Shown here piece by piece: positions 24,073 to 36,446 of a DNA stretch of 63,959 nt. Position numbers and translations under genes: made by a program. Source of the stretch: Octopus sinensis (taxonomy: Eukaryota); NCBI RefSeq assembly GCF_006345805.1, contig NC_043016.1:11408001-11471959 (forward strand), written 5' to 3'. Below the pieces are notes generated by a model. The model searched no databases, was not told the DNA's origin, and saw only the letters and a program-made list of their open reading frames with translations. The first letter of the stretch is position 1, and each line of letters begins with the position of its first letter.

Positions 24073-24230
24073 TATACGACAGGCTTCTTTAAGTTTCCGC
24101 CGACCAAATCCACTCACAAGGTTTTCGTTGGCCCGGGGTCTATCGTAGCAGATGATACTACGCAGTGAGATTGAACCCAAAGCCACATAGTTCGGAAGCA
24201 AGCTTCTTTAGTCACACAGCCACGTCTGCG
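23455..24230 (-). mobile_element. SINE-A with ~410-bp (CATA/CA)n expansion
   Basis: SINE-A 3' and 5' halves flank the microsatellite at 23660-24070. Confidence 0.85.
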
Positions 24231-24859
24231 CTTGTAAATGTAACGTTTTCAGTCTCTCCCCCTCCTCCTCCTCCTCCTCCTCCCCCTCCTCCTCCTCCTC
24301 CTCCACTATTCGCCTTCAAAATAACACGCTACATGTGATACGTACACGACAGTTATTGATATATTAGTTACACTTTAAATAAAAGCGCGGGGTGAACAGA
24401 GAGAGAGAGAGAAAAAAGACTCCGGTGCCGATTTGTTCTGCTAAAACCTTTCAAAGGTTTTGTCCTAACATGACCGAAACAAATAAAAGACTTTAAAAAT
24501 AACAACAAATATCTGGAATTCATTTGATAATAATAGGTTAACCGAACCGTAGCTAAACTGCGAATGGCTCGACAGGTTTTGTTAAGCGCTAGGATTATTG
24601 TTGATCGAGCAAACGTATGGTATGTTTAATCAACGGCATTCCTAAATGTGGCCATCTCATAATTTTTCCCAGGACTTCGTTTTGCTTGTCTAGAGGAGGA
24701 AGTTGGTTGAGTCTCCATAAATCATCTGAAGTCCGTATCATAATCCAGTGTCTTGCCTTCCTAAGACGGAAGGATGTGGTTTAAAGGACGGTTTTTTCTG
24801 GTATTTCTAGCTTATTTGCTAGTCGTTAAACGCGAGTGTGTCTGTGTGTGTGCTTGTAT

Positions 24860-26163
24860 ATTCTTTTTATTTGTTTCAGTCATTTCATTGCAGCCATGCT
24901 GGAGCACTGCCTTTAGTCGAACAAATCCACCCCAGGAATTATTCTTTGTAAGCCTAGCACTTACTCTATTGGTTTGTTTTGCCGAACCGCTAGGTTACGG
25001 GTACGTAAACACACCAGCATCAGTTATCAAGTGATGCGGGGGGGGGAGGCAACCACAGACATACACATATATATACGACGGGCTTCTTTCAGTTTCAGTC
25101 TACCAAATCCTCTCACAAGGCTTTGGTCAGCCTGAGGCTGTAGTAGAAGACACTTCCCCAGTTGGATTGAACCCGGAACCATATCTATATATATAAAACT
25201 GTAGTTGTGTGAGTGTCTGTCCCCTTCGATTTAGATTCCTAACTACTCCCACATTTTGCGGTGCAGTTTAACCAAATTCGGGTATCTTATAGTCGTGATT
25301 CATATCGAGCCCGTCTGGGTATTAGCGCGCATCTACGATTTTAAAAATAATTTAACATAATTTTTTATTCCATTTTAATGCATAATTTTTCGTGTGTCGA
25401 TGGCGGCGGAGTTGGCGTCCATGGTCACACCTGCACCTGTGTTGCTTCTCCCCCTTCTTCTCTCCCTCGTGAAGCTGTGGGGAAGGGAGTGTAAGGAAAT
25501 CAACGTCGTAATGCGTTGTCAAGGAGACCAGCGTTCTTTTAGAACAACGACTTCATGGCTTGAAGACACCAAAACAGAAATGGCTAAGAAAGCGTCTACA
25601 TGAGTCTACGATTTTAAAAAACAGAAATCGCTAAAAAAGCTGAAACAGATCCACAAAAACGGCAAAAACCGCCACATAGGGCAGGTTTCCTGTGCAAACA
25701 ATTTGCACAAACGAATGTTTTAGTTGTTGCACAAATCTTTATATATAAAAGTGAAGTTGTGTGTCTGTCTCCTACGATTTAGATTCCTAACTACTCCCAC
25801 ATTTTGCGGTGCAGTTTAACCAAAACCGGGTATCTTATAGTCGTGATTCATATCGAGCCCTTCTGGGTATTAGCGCGCGTCTACGATGAGTCTACGATTT
25901 TTAAAATAATTTACCATCATTTTTTTCCATTTTAATGCATTTTTTTGCTATTATATAAGGGAAGTAACTCTCTAAAAATGTCTACGATGAGTCAACGATT
26001 TAAAAAAAAATTACTATAATTTTTTTTCCATTTTTAATGCATTTTTTTGCTATAACTCTCTAAAAATGCTTTATAGTTATTTCCCTTACAAACCCGAGCA
26101 ACGCCGGGCGATACTGCTAGTGATAAGTAAACTACTTACGTACTACACAGCTACTCCTGCGCC
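24860..26163 (-). mobile_element. SINE-A split by Helitron insertion
   Basis: The body ends at ..GGAACCA (25183); the remainder of the head resumes at 26121-26163. Confidence 0.75.
25184..26120 (+). mobile_element. Compound non-autonomous Helitron (two 5' ends, one 3' end)
   Basis: A|TCTATATATATAAAA at 25184 and A|TCTTTATATATAAAA at 25736; 3' hairpin CCCGAGCAACGCCGGG then CTAG|T at 26120; no TSD. Confidence 0.85.
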
Positions 26164-26179
26164 TATATATATATATAAT

Positions 26180-26294
26180 ATTAGGGAGTATATCCAAACT
26201 TACAGGGAAAAATTAAATTAGAGATGAAATCACTATTAGACAACTCAAACAGTGATAGACATAGTTGTCTAATAGTGGTTTTATCTCTAATTTG

Positions 26295-26298
<4 letters not shown>
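26180..26298. repeat. Fold-back element between (TA)n tracts
   Basis: 36-bp arms (26210-26245 / 26263-26298) with 3 mismatches and a 17-nt spacer. Confidence 0.7.
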
Positions 26299-26353
<55 letters not shown>

Positions 26354-26993
26354 TATGTAGCGAGTTTTTCTTTGGGCTTTGGGAACCACAATATACTCAT
26401 GCATTGAGTACATATCAAATTTTATTAAACTTGACCAATATTTTTCAAGCAATGAACAATTTTCATCAAAAAATGATATAATTTGTCGACTTGGAACTTA
26501 TTGCAAAGCTGCATGATAAACAACATTTTGTGTCTTCCCATTCGGGGGTCAGTACATTTTTTTTCCTGTCTAACGTCTCTCTCTTTCTGTTGATTGTTTT
26601 CCACCATCACCAGTACCACAACCACAACTGCTATACACGCACCATTCAGACTTCTGACGCCACCAACATCAACACCTTTGAATTAGCCACTTTCCCCTCC
26701 ACCACCATCACCACTGTCTTTCACATCGCTTACTATCATCGTCATCCCTAACCGCCACGGCTACCACCACCAGCACCACCATCATCATCACCGTTGCCTC
26801 CACCTCTATCACAACTACGGCTCATACTGTTACTATCACCCAATTACTATCTCAACTGTCAATCTACTACCGCCCTCACTGTCTCTATGCATACTATTAC
26901 TCTCACCCAGCAAGAGGAGTAGAAGTGTCATTGAATAGTGAGAGAATGGGATCAAAGTGTGACACAGTGACACACAGAAATTCGCTTTGGCAT

Positions 26994-27024
<31 letters not shown>

Positions 27025-27034
27025 TATATATATT

Positions 27035-27276
27035 ACACTTCTGTTGATGAGAAATCGCTCCAATATACCACGACGTTTGAACCTTTTGAACTTTTCTGTG
27101 TTTTTTTTTTCTTCTTTAAACTTACTGCTGCTTACTTCTGTATTCCTTTCTGTTGAAGAGCGTAGGCTCGAAACGTAAAAGACTTTCTCACTTCTCGAGT
27201 GTTAAACTAATACATCTGTTTGTTGTTTACACACCCGTCTTCGTCTTTTGTTTTTGTATTTTTTTTTTGTAAATTC

Positions 27277-27280
<4 letters not shown>
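27035..27280 (+). mobile_element. Penelope-like pLTR fragment with atypical hammerhead-like motif
   Basis: TTGAAGAG-CGTAGGCT-CGAAACGTA at 27153-27177; (TA)n on both sides. Confidence 0.45.
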
Positions 27281-27337
<57 letters not shown>

Positions 27338-27418
27338 AAAATTAAGGGTAGAAATTGATATTAGTCAATTAAAACCAGTGGTCTAGCACATTAAAAAGAA
27401 TCCGAAGATTAAAATATT

Positions 27419-27654
27419 TATATATACCAATTAAGGACTGAACACGAAAAGGTGGACAGTCAACATGCTAGATATAGACGTCAAATCGCCATTCTCCACA
27501 AGGATTATGTTCTCAAATAAAAATAAAATTCAGCACGACTTAGGTCGTGCTGAATTTTATTTTTATTTGAGAACATAATCCTTGTGGAGAATGGCGATTT
27601 GACGTCTATATCTAGCATGTTGACTGTCCACCTTTTCGTGTTCAGTCCTTAATT

Positions 27655-27664
<10 letters not shown>
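27419..27664. repeat. Perfect palindrome with 121-bp arms
   Basis: 27419-27539 is the exact reverse complement of 27544-27664; 4-nt centre TTAG. Confidence 0.95.
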
Positions 27665-27730
<66 letters not shown>

Positions 27731-28060
27731 AGAGCCGAATACAACAGATCTAGTTCTTGTCTTGTTTTACGGTATATTATATTAAATCATATTATATACA
27801 TACATACATACATACATATATACACACACACACTCGCACAGACACAGTGTTTGCTTTCATATACTAACACTCACTCACAGATACACACGTCTGCACACGC
27901 ACACACACACACACATTTACCCGGTTACACATACATCCAATTGCTTGTTATACGTGATGAATGGAAATGCTAATGTTTTTTTAAGAGTGCGCAGATGTTT
28001 ATTTAAGGTCAAGTGTATGTGTAATATACATATGCACACGCACTTGCTCATACACACACA

Positions 28061-28101
<41 letters not shown>

Positions 28102-29089
28102 ATGCGTACTCATTGAAATGTGGTGGTGGTAGAGGTGGTGGTGGGTAAGCGCAGTAAGCAATACCTACCTAGAAAAAAATAACTATAAATTCTAATTATT
28201 TTATATTAAAAAGTAAATATAATTTCCAAATCATTACAAAAGATATTAATTTAATGCATAAAAATCCAGTAAAAATAGCTATTATTTTGATATTAGACGA
28301 GCATGATTTCCACTGTATTTGGAACTTCGTTGGATACACTTCCCACACGCTGTGAGTTCTGCTTCCAGCAAAAAAAAAATAATAATAATAATAATAATAA
28401 ATGAATAGATAACAGCAATGCCAAAGCAGAATTAATTCTGCCTTCGATGAGACGACAGACGACGCGAAGTGTGTCTGCGAATTTTCCGTTTTGTTTCTCT
28501 ATATCTGCTTCCAATGAAATGACTAATTTTAAGAGCTATTCATTATCACCATTCATTTATTAACGTTCAGTTTCCATGCTTGGATGGGTCGAACAGAGTT
28601 TGTTGTTGTTATTGTTGTTGTTGTTGGTGTAGAAGGAGGGGTCCTTCCTGTCATCGACCCCCACCCCCACCCATCTATTTCCACGTAGAGTTTGTATTTC
28701 CTCTTGGCTAGACATGTTTTTGTTTTTGTTTTTTGTTTTGTACTTTTGTTTTTCTAACGGATGACGGTGACGGTCGTTGACAAACATAACGTGATGTCAA
28801 GATAAGGGTGCATAGAAACACACACACACACACACCGTCGAAGCCGATATGTGAGTGTTTAGCTTTTGCCCGAACGACCTGCACATCTCCATCAAATCGA
28901 TGTTGTCTGAACAGATGCACACGGGTGTACCATATGCCAGTTGTTGAAGTGATTACAGACCAATGTGAGATGAAGTGTTTTGCTCAAGAACACAACACAC
29001 CGCCCAGTCTAGGAATTGAAACCACGATCTTGCGATCGTGAGTGCAACACCCATACCACTAGCTCCACACACACACACATCATCACCAT

Positions 29090-29310
29090 CATCATCATCA
29101 TCGTTTAACGTCCGATTTCCATGCTGGCATGGGTTGGACGATTTGACTGAGGACTGGCGAACCAGATGGCTGCATCAGGCTCCAATCTGATCTGGCAGAG
29201 TTTCTACAGCTGGATGCCCTTCCTAATGCCAACCACTCCAATAGTATATTGGGTGCTTTTACGTGCCACTGGCACGAGGGCCAGTCATGCGGCACTGCCA
29301 ACGGCCAGCG
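29090..29310 (-). mobile_element. RTE-type 3' tail fragment
   Basis: (CAT)n + cgtttaacgtccgatttccatgctggcatggg...ggatgcccttcctaatgcc. Confidence 0.75.
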
Positions 29311-30349
29311 GCACATATATATATACACACACACACATATATAAGGGCGGGGTAAAAACTTTGTAGTATGCTATGCAAAGCTCATCCACAGCGTTTGGCT
29401 ACCAGATGTCATCATACAGTGACAATACTCTTGTTATTTGGATCAGAAGCGACTCCAGGTCATCAGTGTCATTCAGGCTCACCAAGGATTTCATCACTCG
29501 GGTTCATCACAGATTTCACATAAGACATGCCTACTTGAAGAATTTCACATTTTACCACAATATTTTTAGCCCCAAATGACTTATATTTTATATCTAGCAC
29601 TGTCTTTCTTCATTTCTAAGTTAAGGGTAAAAATAAAGCCACCCTGCAAAACACAACCGATCTTTACACACAGATGCACAATCAAATAACGACAGCAGAG
29701 TGAACAACAAACATCAGTAATCCGACTGTTGCCTGAACTCTTGACAAGAGATGCCAGTTAGTCTTTTACACCTACCAGGCTCGTTCGTATTAGCCCGAGT
29801 TGCTGGATAATTTTTCGTTCATTTAAGAGTATTGTAGAACGGAAACTTTCATAGATTGGAATTTAAATCCTAATCTCTATAGAAATTTATTGTTTCAAGA
29901 AAACATTAAATTTGAATTACTTTTAATTTTCACGGTCATAGATAACAACTTGGGCTGTAACTTCTGAGCCGGAGTCAGGCACGTGTGAATGATGTCGAGA
30001 CAACGTCTTCTACGAATGATATCTTTTGACACAGGGTACCTCTAAGATGACCGCCAGACGCTGAACAAAAATAGATGTACTGCGACCAGGTTCCATAAAA
30101 GGAGCCCAAGTTATAGGCTGTAATTACATACTTGAAGCGAGTGTCGGCAGAAATTAAATCAACTTGCAAATACACGTTCACTTTACTAAAACTCAGGCTA
30201 AGTCTGAACAGCCCATGTGCCAGAATCACCAGTGATTTTGATATACATCAGGAATTCCAAAGTATCCATAGAGTTTATATAAAGGAATGAACAAGGGAAA
30301 ATGGATTGAACGACATAATTTCAAATCACTACAGTTGTTTCCACATATC

Positions 30350-30560
30350 TTTTTCTATTCTAGGCACAAGGTCCGAAATTTTGGGGGAGCAGTCGATTAG
30401 ATCAATCCCCAGTATGCAACTGGTACTTGATTTATCAACCCTGAAAGGATGAAAGGCAAAGTCGACCCCGGCGGAATTTGAACTCAGAACATAAAGACAG
30501 ACAAAATACCGCTAAGCGTTTCGTCCAACATGCTAACGTTTCTGCCAGCTCGCCGTCTTA
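30350..30560 (-). mobile_element. SINE-B2
   Basis: SINE-B head and core with the alternative tail. Confidence 0.8.
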
Positions 30561-30769
30561 CATATGTTTCCACATATGATTACACCAAAAGGACTTATTC
30601 AAAATAATCACCTGAAGAAACACATTTTACACCTTTGATGGGTGGTAGTGATTATGCAATGTGTTAATTATGTCTTCTCACTAATCTACTACAGGTGTAA
30701 TGATGTGTAGAAATGATTGTAGGGATTTGAAATTTAAAAATGGTGCTAAATCCAATTTCTTTTATTCAT

Positions 30770-31355
30770 TTATCTGCCTATCTTTCTTTCTATCTATCTA
30801 TCCAATCTGTCTATCCATCCATCCATCTGTCCATTCATCCACCTACTTACCTACCTATCCAATCTATCTATCCATCTGTCAGTCTATCTATCTATCTATC
30901 TGTCTGTCTGTCTGTCTATCCATCTATGTAACTCTCCGTCCGTCCATCAGGCCATCCATCCACCTATATATTTATCTATCTACCTGTGTCTATCTACGTA
31001 TCCAATCTATCTATCCATCTGTCTGTCTGTCGATTTATCTATTTATCTGTCTGTCTGTCTATCTATCTATATGTCTATCCAATCTATCTATCCATATATC
31101 TATCTATCCATATGTCCATCTGTCTATCTATCTGTCTATCTATCTATCTATCCATCTGTCTATGTATCTGTCCATCCATCTATCCATCCATCCACCAATA
31201 TATCTATCTATGTATCTATCTGTCTGTCCGTCCATCCATCCATCTATCCATCCATCCGTCTAATTATCTATCTGTCTGTCTGTCCAGCCATACATCCACC
31301 TATCTATCTATGTATCTATCTGTCTGTCCGTTCGTCCATCTGTCTATCTAGCTAT
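30770..31355. repeat. Compound (TATC/TGTC/CATC)n microsatellite
   Basis: Direct reading of the sequence. Confidence 0.95.
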
Positions 31356-31869
31356 GTAAGAAATATAATATTGGTAAGGAGTTAACATGCTATTTATGAG
31401 AAACTATTCTTTAAGTGTGATGATATGTGATGTTAGCCCTTTAGTATTTAAACCAGCCACACCTGGCCCAAATATTCTACCTCTTCCATGTTCAAAGTGA
31501 CCGGCTCCAGCCTCTCATACCTACCCTACAATGTCATTCTAAACATAAGCAATCACATCATCAAAATCTCAAAGCTATTAGATAATGTGTAATTATTTCA
31601 AAACCTATTGAATAAATAAGCATTATTTTTGACAGAGTAACCTGAATGCTAAAGAGTTAAACCAGCCATATCTGACCCCTCATACCTACCCTGCAATGTC
31701 ATTCTAAACATAAGCAATTACATTATCGAAATCTCAAAGCTATGAGATAATGTGTAATTATTTCAAAACCTAGTGAATAAATAAGTAATTACATTTGACA
31801 GAGAAACCTGAACCCTGAGGGATTAAACGTGGCAGTGAACATATTTGATTTTAAGAACATCCCTACTCT

Positions 31870-32225
31870 TAGCCGTATTTCGTCTGTCGTTACGTTCTGA
31901 GTTCAGATTCTGCCGAGGTCGACTTTGCCTTTCATCCTTTCGGGGGTCGATAAAATTAAGTACCAGTTACAAACTGGGGCCGATAAAATTAAGTACCAGT
32001 TACAAACTGGGGTCGATAAAATTAAGTGCCACTTACAAACTGGGGTCGATAAAATTAAGTGCCAGTTACAAACTGGGGCCGATAAAATTAAGTACCAGTT
32101 ACAAACTGGGGTCAATAAAATTAAGTGCCAGTTACACACTGGGGTCGATGTAATCAACTTAATCCATTTGTCTGTCCTTGTTTGTCCCCTCTATGTTTAG
32201 CCCCTTTTGGGTAATAAAGAAACAT
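31870..32225 (+). mobile_element. SINE-B with internal 33-bp minisatellite
   Basis: Six units of GGGG(T/C)CGATAAAATTAAGT(A/G)CCAGTTACAAACT at ~31952-32150. Confidence 0.9.
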
Positions 32226-33489
32226 ATCTTTCATTAATTCTTCAAAATTGCTCCCGTTCAATGCCTCCACATGGATGTTTTACAAAACAATTCTTTTCTC
32301 CTTTCCTTTTTCCTTTATTTTTTGGTTTCCTTTTAACAAATTTCTTCAGTTTGCCTTTGGTTTCATTCTATAACTTCTTATCTCTTTTTCTGTCTTCCTT
32401 GCTCTTTTTCTCTCTTCCATTCTTCCTATCTATCTCTTTTATTTCTGTTCAATTCCCATGCCAAGAAAGTTCTTTGCACACCTTCCTGTCATTGTAATCG
32501 CTTACCATTTTCTTTTCTATTGTTAATATTTTACCAACTGGAGTTTCATTCTATATTCTACATCCTTTTTCTAGGTACCATCCACATATACCATTCACAG
32601 AAGATTTTTCACTGTCTGCCAATTGTTTTTGTCTTGCACCATGTCTGGATCCCATCAATGAATCTATTTATTTGCTTCCCAAGGGTACATTTCTTTGTTA
32701 GAAAATTTTCCAGATGGTCCCTACGTCAGTCAAAGATAATTTTGTCTTTCTCCAAACTCATCTGCATTTCTATCTCTTACGTCTCTGATTCCATTGTTTC
32801 TTTATGAAAATTCTTTGTTTGATACCAGCTCAAAAGAGCTGCTGGAATGTAACATAACAGAGAGCTAAGCAACCTGTCATGTTAAAGACAAAAATGAAAC
32901 AAAAACTAAAAAACCAAATAAGAAACTCACATGCTCACATACGCGCACACACACACACACACCAAAACAAACCCCAATCGCTATGGAAACTTACAGAAAA
33001 GGTCACTTTTGCAGCAAGCAAGAATCACAAGTTCCATCAAAGCTAAACAAACTGAAAGTGCAGAGAAGGACAAGAGAACCAACCTAAATAGTAATATCGG
33101 ATTACTGCGATCACTTTCAGAGGTGACTTATTCATATTTCCCTGTGCCAATGAGAAGTCAGGTGGGGGGTGGGTGGGGAGAGATGGACATTAAACATCCA
33201 AATCAGAAAGACACACAAGCTTTCAATTGAAATGTTAACAATCAGACTTAAATGTAATATATCTATTTATCTACTTATATGCATGTCTGCCTGTCTGTAT
33301 GTATGTATGTATATATGCACGTATGTATGCATAGATGTATGTGTATTTATAAATATATGTGTGTGTATACATATGCATATATAAATATGTATGTCTATTT
33401 CTAAATGTATATATATATATGTATATATATATGTATATATATATATATGTATGTGTATATGTATTTGTATTTATAAATATATATGTATA

Positions 33490-33874
33490 CTAGCAGTATC
33501 GCCCGGCGTTGCTCAGGTTTGTAAGGGAAATAACTATAAAGCATTTTTAGAGAGTTATAGCCAAAAAATAGCAAAAAAATGGAAAAAAATGATGGTAAAT
33601 TTTTTTTGAGAGTTAAAAAAGGTGGAGTTGCGTCCCCTAGACAGTTTGTGGTTTGTGTTTCTGATTCTCGACCCCATGTCGAATTTATCGGTTTTTTTTC
33701 AGAACTGGGGGAACTTTTCAAAATTTTCGCTGCGTTAGTTTTGAATTATGACATTGGGCTATGTGTGTGTCAAGTTTCATCAGAATCGGTTGAAAGCCGT
33801 GGTCAGGGTGAGGGTACGAGCAAACAGACACACAGAAACACGCACAGACAAACTGCCGTTTATATAGAGAGAGA
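33490..33874 (-). mobile_element. Non-autonomous Helitron
   Basis: A|TCTCTCTCTATATAA 5' end; CCTGAGCAACGCCGGG hairpin and CTAG|T 3' end. Confidence 0.88.
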
Positions 33875-34251
33875 TTTATGTATGTGTATTTATAAATATA
33901 TATGTATACATATGCATATATAAATATGTACGTGTATTTCTAAATGTATATACATATATATGTATATATGTATGTATATATGTATGCATATATGTATATA
34001 TATATATATGTATGTATGTGTATGTGTATGTATGTATATGTATTTGTATTTATAAATATATATGTATTCATATATATATATATATATGGTAAATCCAAAA
34101 AGAAAACAAAGAACAAATACAAGAAAAAATGTGAAGACATGGTACATGTAAAGTATTGGCAGATGTTCAGGGAAGGAAAGAAAGGTGGCTTTTTCATGTA
34201 TATGTGTGTGGGTATATATATGTGTTTGTGTGTGTGTGTGTATAAGAGTTA

Positions 34252-34390
34252 TACACTGAGGGAAAGCCACCAAGTGGCTTTCCATCATGTTAACGTATCA
34301 AAATAAGAATAACTTTTTCATGGTATGGGATTTAACTCCCATTTCTAGCATGATAGAAAACCACTTGGTGACTTTCCCTTAATGTATACT
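34252..34390. mobile_element. MITE with ~39-bp TIRs
   Basis: ATACACTGAGGGAAAGCCACCAAGTGGCTTTCCATCATG versus inverse ATACATTAAGGGAAAGTCACCAAGTGGTTTTCTATCATG. Confidence 0.7.
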
Positions 34391-34657
34391 CTCGTATACA
34401 CATAATATAATAATATTTGCAGTCGACGGATATTTTTTACTCATGCTGGCCACTGGTAAAGAATTAATATTTAATTTTTACCCTTGGTGTGTTTACGTTC
34501 CCGTCACTTAGCGGTTCGGCAAAAGAGTTGATAGAATAAGTACTGGGCTTACAAAGAATAAGTCCCGGGGTCGATTTGCTTGACTAAAAGCGGTGCTCCA
34601 TCATGGCTGCAGTCAAATGACTGAAACAAGTAAAAGAGTAAAGAGTAAAAGAGTATA

Positions 34658-35535
34658 CATGGGCAAAGTTCAGAAAGCTCCTACCTCTATTGGTGACAAA
34701 GGGCCTCTCGCTCAGACTGAAAGGTAGATTGTATGATGCGTGTGTACGAACTGCCATGCTTCATGGCAGTGAAACATGGGCTGTGACTGCTGAATACACA
34801 AGTAAGCTCGAGAGAAATGAAGCTAGTATGATCCGCTGGATGTGTAATGTCAGTGTGCACACACACGACAGAGTGTTAAACATCCTGAGAGAAATTTTGG
34901 ACAAAGAAGCATCAGATGTGGTGGCAAGCAAGAGAGACAACTGTGCTGGTATGATCATGTGCTGCATATGGATGAGGCGAGCTGTGTAAAGAAGTGTCAC
35001 TCCCTAAAGGTGAAAAAAACACCTGTGGAAGGGGTAGACCCAGGAAGATGTGGGTTGAAGTGGTGAAGCATGACCTTTGAACGTTGGGCCTCACAGAGGC
35101 AATGACAAAAAACCGAGACCTCTGGAGATAGGCTGTGACTGAGAAGACCCAGCAAGTAAAGTGAGATCACAGCCGTAGCCTACACCAATGTCGCATAACC
35201 AGCCCACTTAAAAGAAAAGTACCTTTGGATCGTTGGGTGACATGCTGTGCTTGAGGAGACCTATCGACTCAAGTAAATCAAAATCAAATTGAAATTGTAG
35301 TTGTGGCTGATGCCAGTACCACCTGACTGGTGGCACACAATAAACACCATTCATGCATCGGTTGTTGCCAATGCCACCTGACTGGCTCCCCGTGCTGGCT
35401 CCCCATGGTCAATGCCAGCCCCTTTGCCCCGAGTGGCTCCAGTGTTGGTTGTATGTAAAAAGCACCCACTACACTCTCGGAGTGGTTGGCGTTAGGAAGG
35501 GCATCAAGCTGTAGAAACATTGCCAGATCAGATTG
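34658..35535 (+). pseudogene. RTE-clade LINE 3' fragment
   Basis: KGLSLRLKGRLYDACVRTAMLHGSETWAVTAE...ERNEASMIRWMCNVSV followed by the 3' UTR. Confidence 0.9.
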
Positions 35536-35802
35536 GCACTATACTTGTTCCACATCCTCGCGTTGTTGTGTTTTCTGTTTGTGTTTTCATGTTTGGATTA
35601 ACTTGATATACATATATATATAATATACACACACACACACACACATTCATACATGCATACATACATATGTATATACATGTGTGTTTATGTATAATTATAA
35701 TATATAATAATAATAATAATAAACAACAACAAAAGAATGAGACCCCAATATTAGAGAAATAGAGGATTATTTATATATGTTATAATTTAGAACAAGCAAT
35801 AA

Positions 35803-36220
35803 GGGTGCAGGAGTGGCTGTGTGGTAAGTAGCTTGCTTACTAACCACATGGTTCCAGGTTCAGTCCCACTGCGTGGCACCTTGGGCAAGTGTCTTCTACT
35901 ATAGCCTCGGGCCGACCAAAGCCTTCTGAGTGGATTTGGTGGACGGAAACTGAAAGAAGCCTGTCGTATATATGTATATATATATATATATAAATAGATG
36001 TGTGTGTATGTGTGTGTGTCTGTGTTTGTCCCCCTAGCATTGCTTGACAACCAATACTGGTGAGTTTATGTCCCCATAACTTAGCGGTTCGGCAAAAGAG
36101 ACGAGTAGAATAATAAGTACTGGGCTTACAAAGAATAAGTCCCGGGGTCGATTTGCTCGACCAAATGCGGTGCTCCAGCATGGCTGCAGTCAAATGACTG
36201 AAACAAGTAAAAGAGTAATA
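35803..36220 (+). mobile_element. SINE-A
   Basis: Full-length copy. Confidence 0.9.
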
Positions 36221-36221
36221 A

Positions 36222-36381
36222 GTTGTCATTATGATACTCGGAGTTTTGTGTATTTTTTAATCTATTTTCTTTTTCTTTTATTCAATGGTTTTTCATAGCG
36301 TCTGTTGCCATTAATCACCGGCGAGAATGCATCGTAGCTCTTCGTTCTGACATTTGAAACTCAGAGTATTATAATGACAAC
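36222..36381. mobile_element. Degenerate fold-back element with hammerhead-like helix III
   Basis: 25-bp arms with 2 mismatches containing AAACTC(C/A)GAGTA; upstream CCGGCGA-gaatg...cattt-GAAAC. Confidence 0.45.
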
Positions 36382-36403
36382 CTTTTACTGTTTGTTCTAA
36401 ATT

Positions 36404-36446
<43 letters not shown>

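Noticed and set aside
23480-24201. Long ORFs (HTHT.., MYVC..)
   Set aside because: Translations of (CA)/(CATA)n microsatellite.
24500-24780. Protein-like open frame on the minus strand
   Set aside because: About 60 codons with no recognisable motif or clear splice sites.
28277-28331. Micro-exon with AG..GTGAGT sites
   Set aside because: Peptides in the open frames are unrecognisable, and such splice-like sites occur often by chance.
30075-30220. Cystatin-like similarity on the + strand (QVIGCNYILEASVG)
   Set aside because: Lacks the QxVxG motif and has in-frame stops.
31925-32200. CRISPR-like array or 11-aa repeat protein
   Set aside because: The units are contiguous with no unique spacers and derive from the SINE-B core; no cas genes; eukaryotic context.
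32230-32900. LINE ORF1 remnant (purine-rich minus strand)
   Set aside because: Many stops and no identifiable motif; left uncalled.
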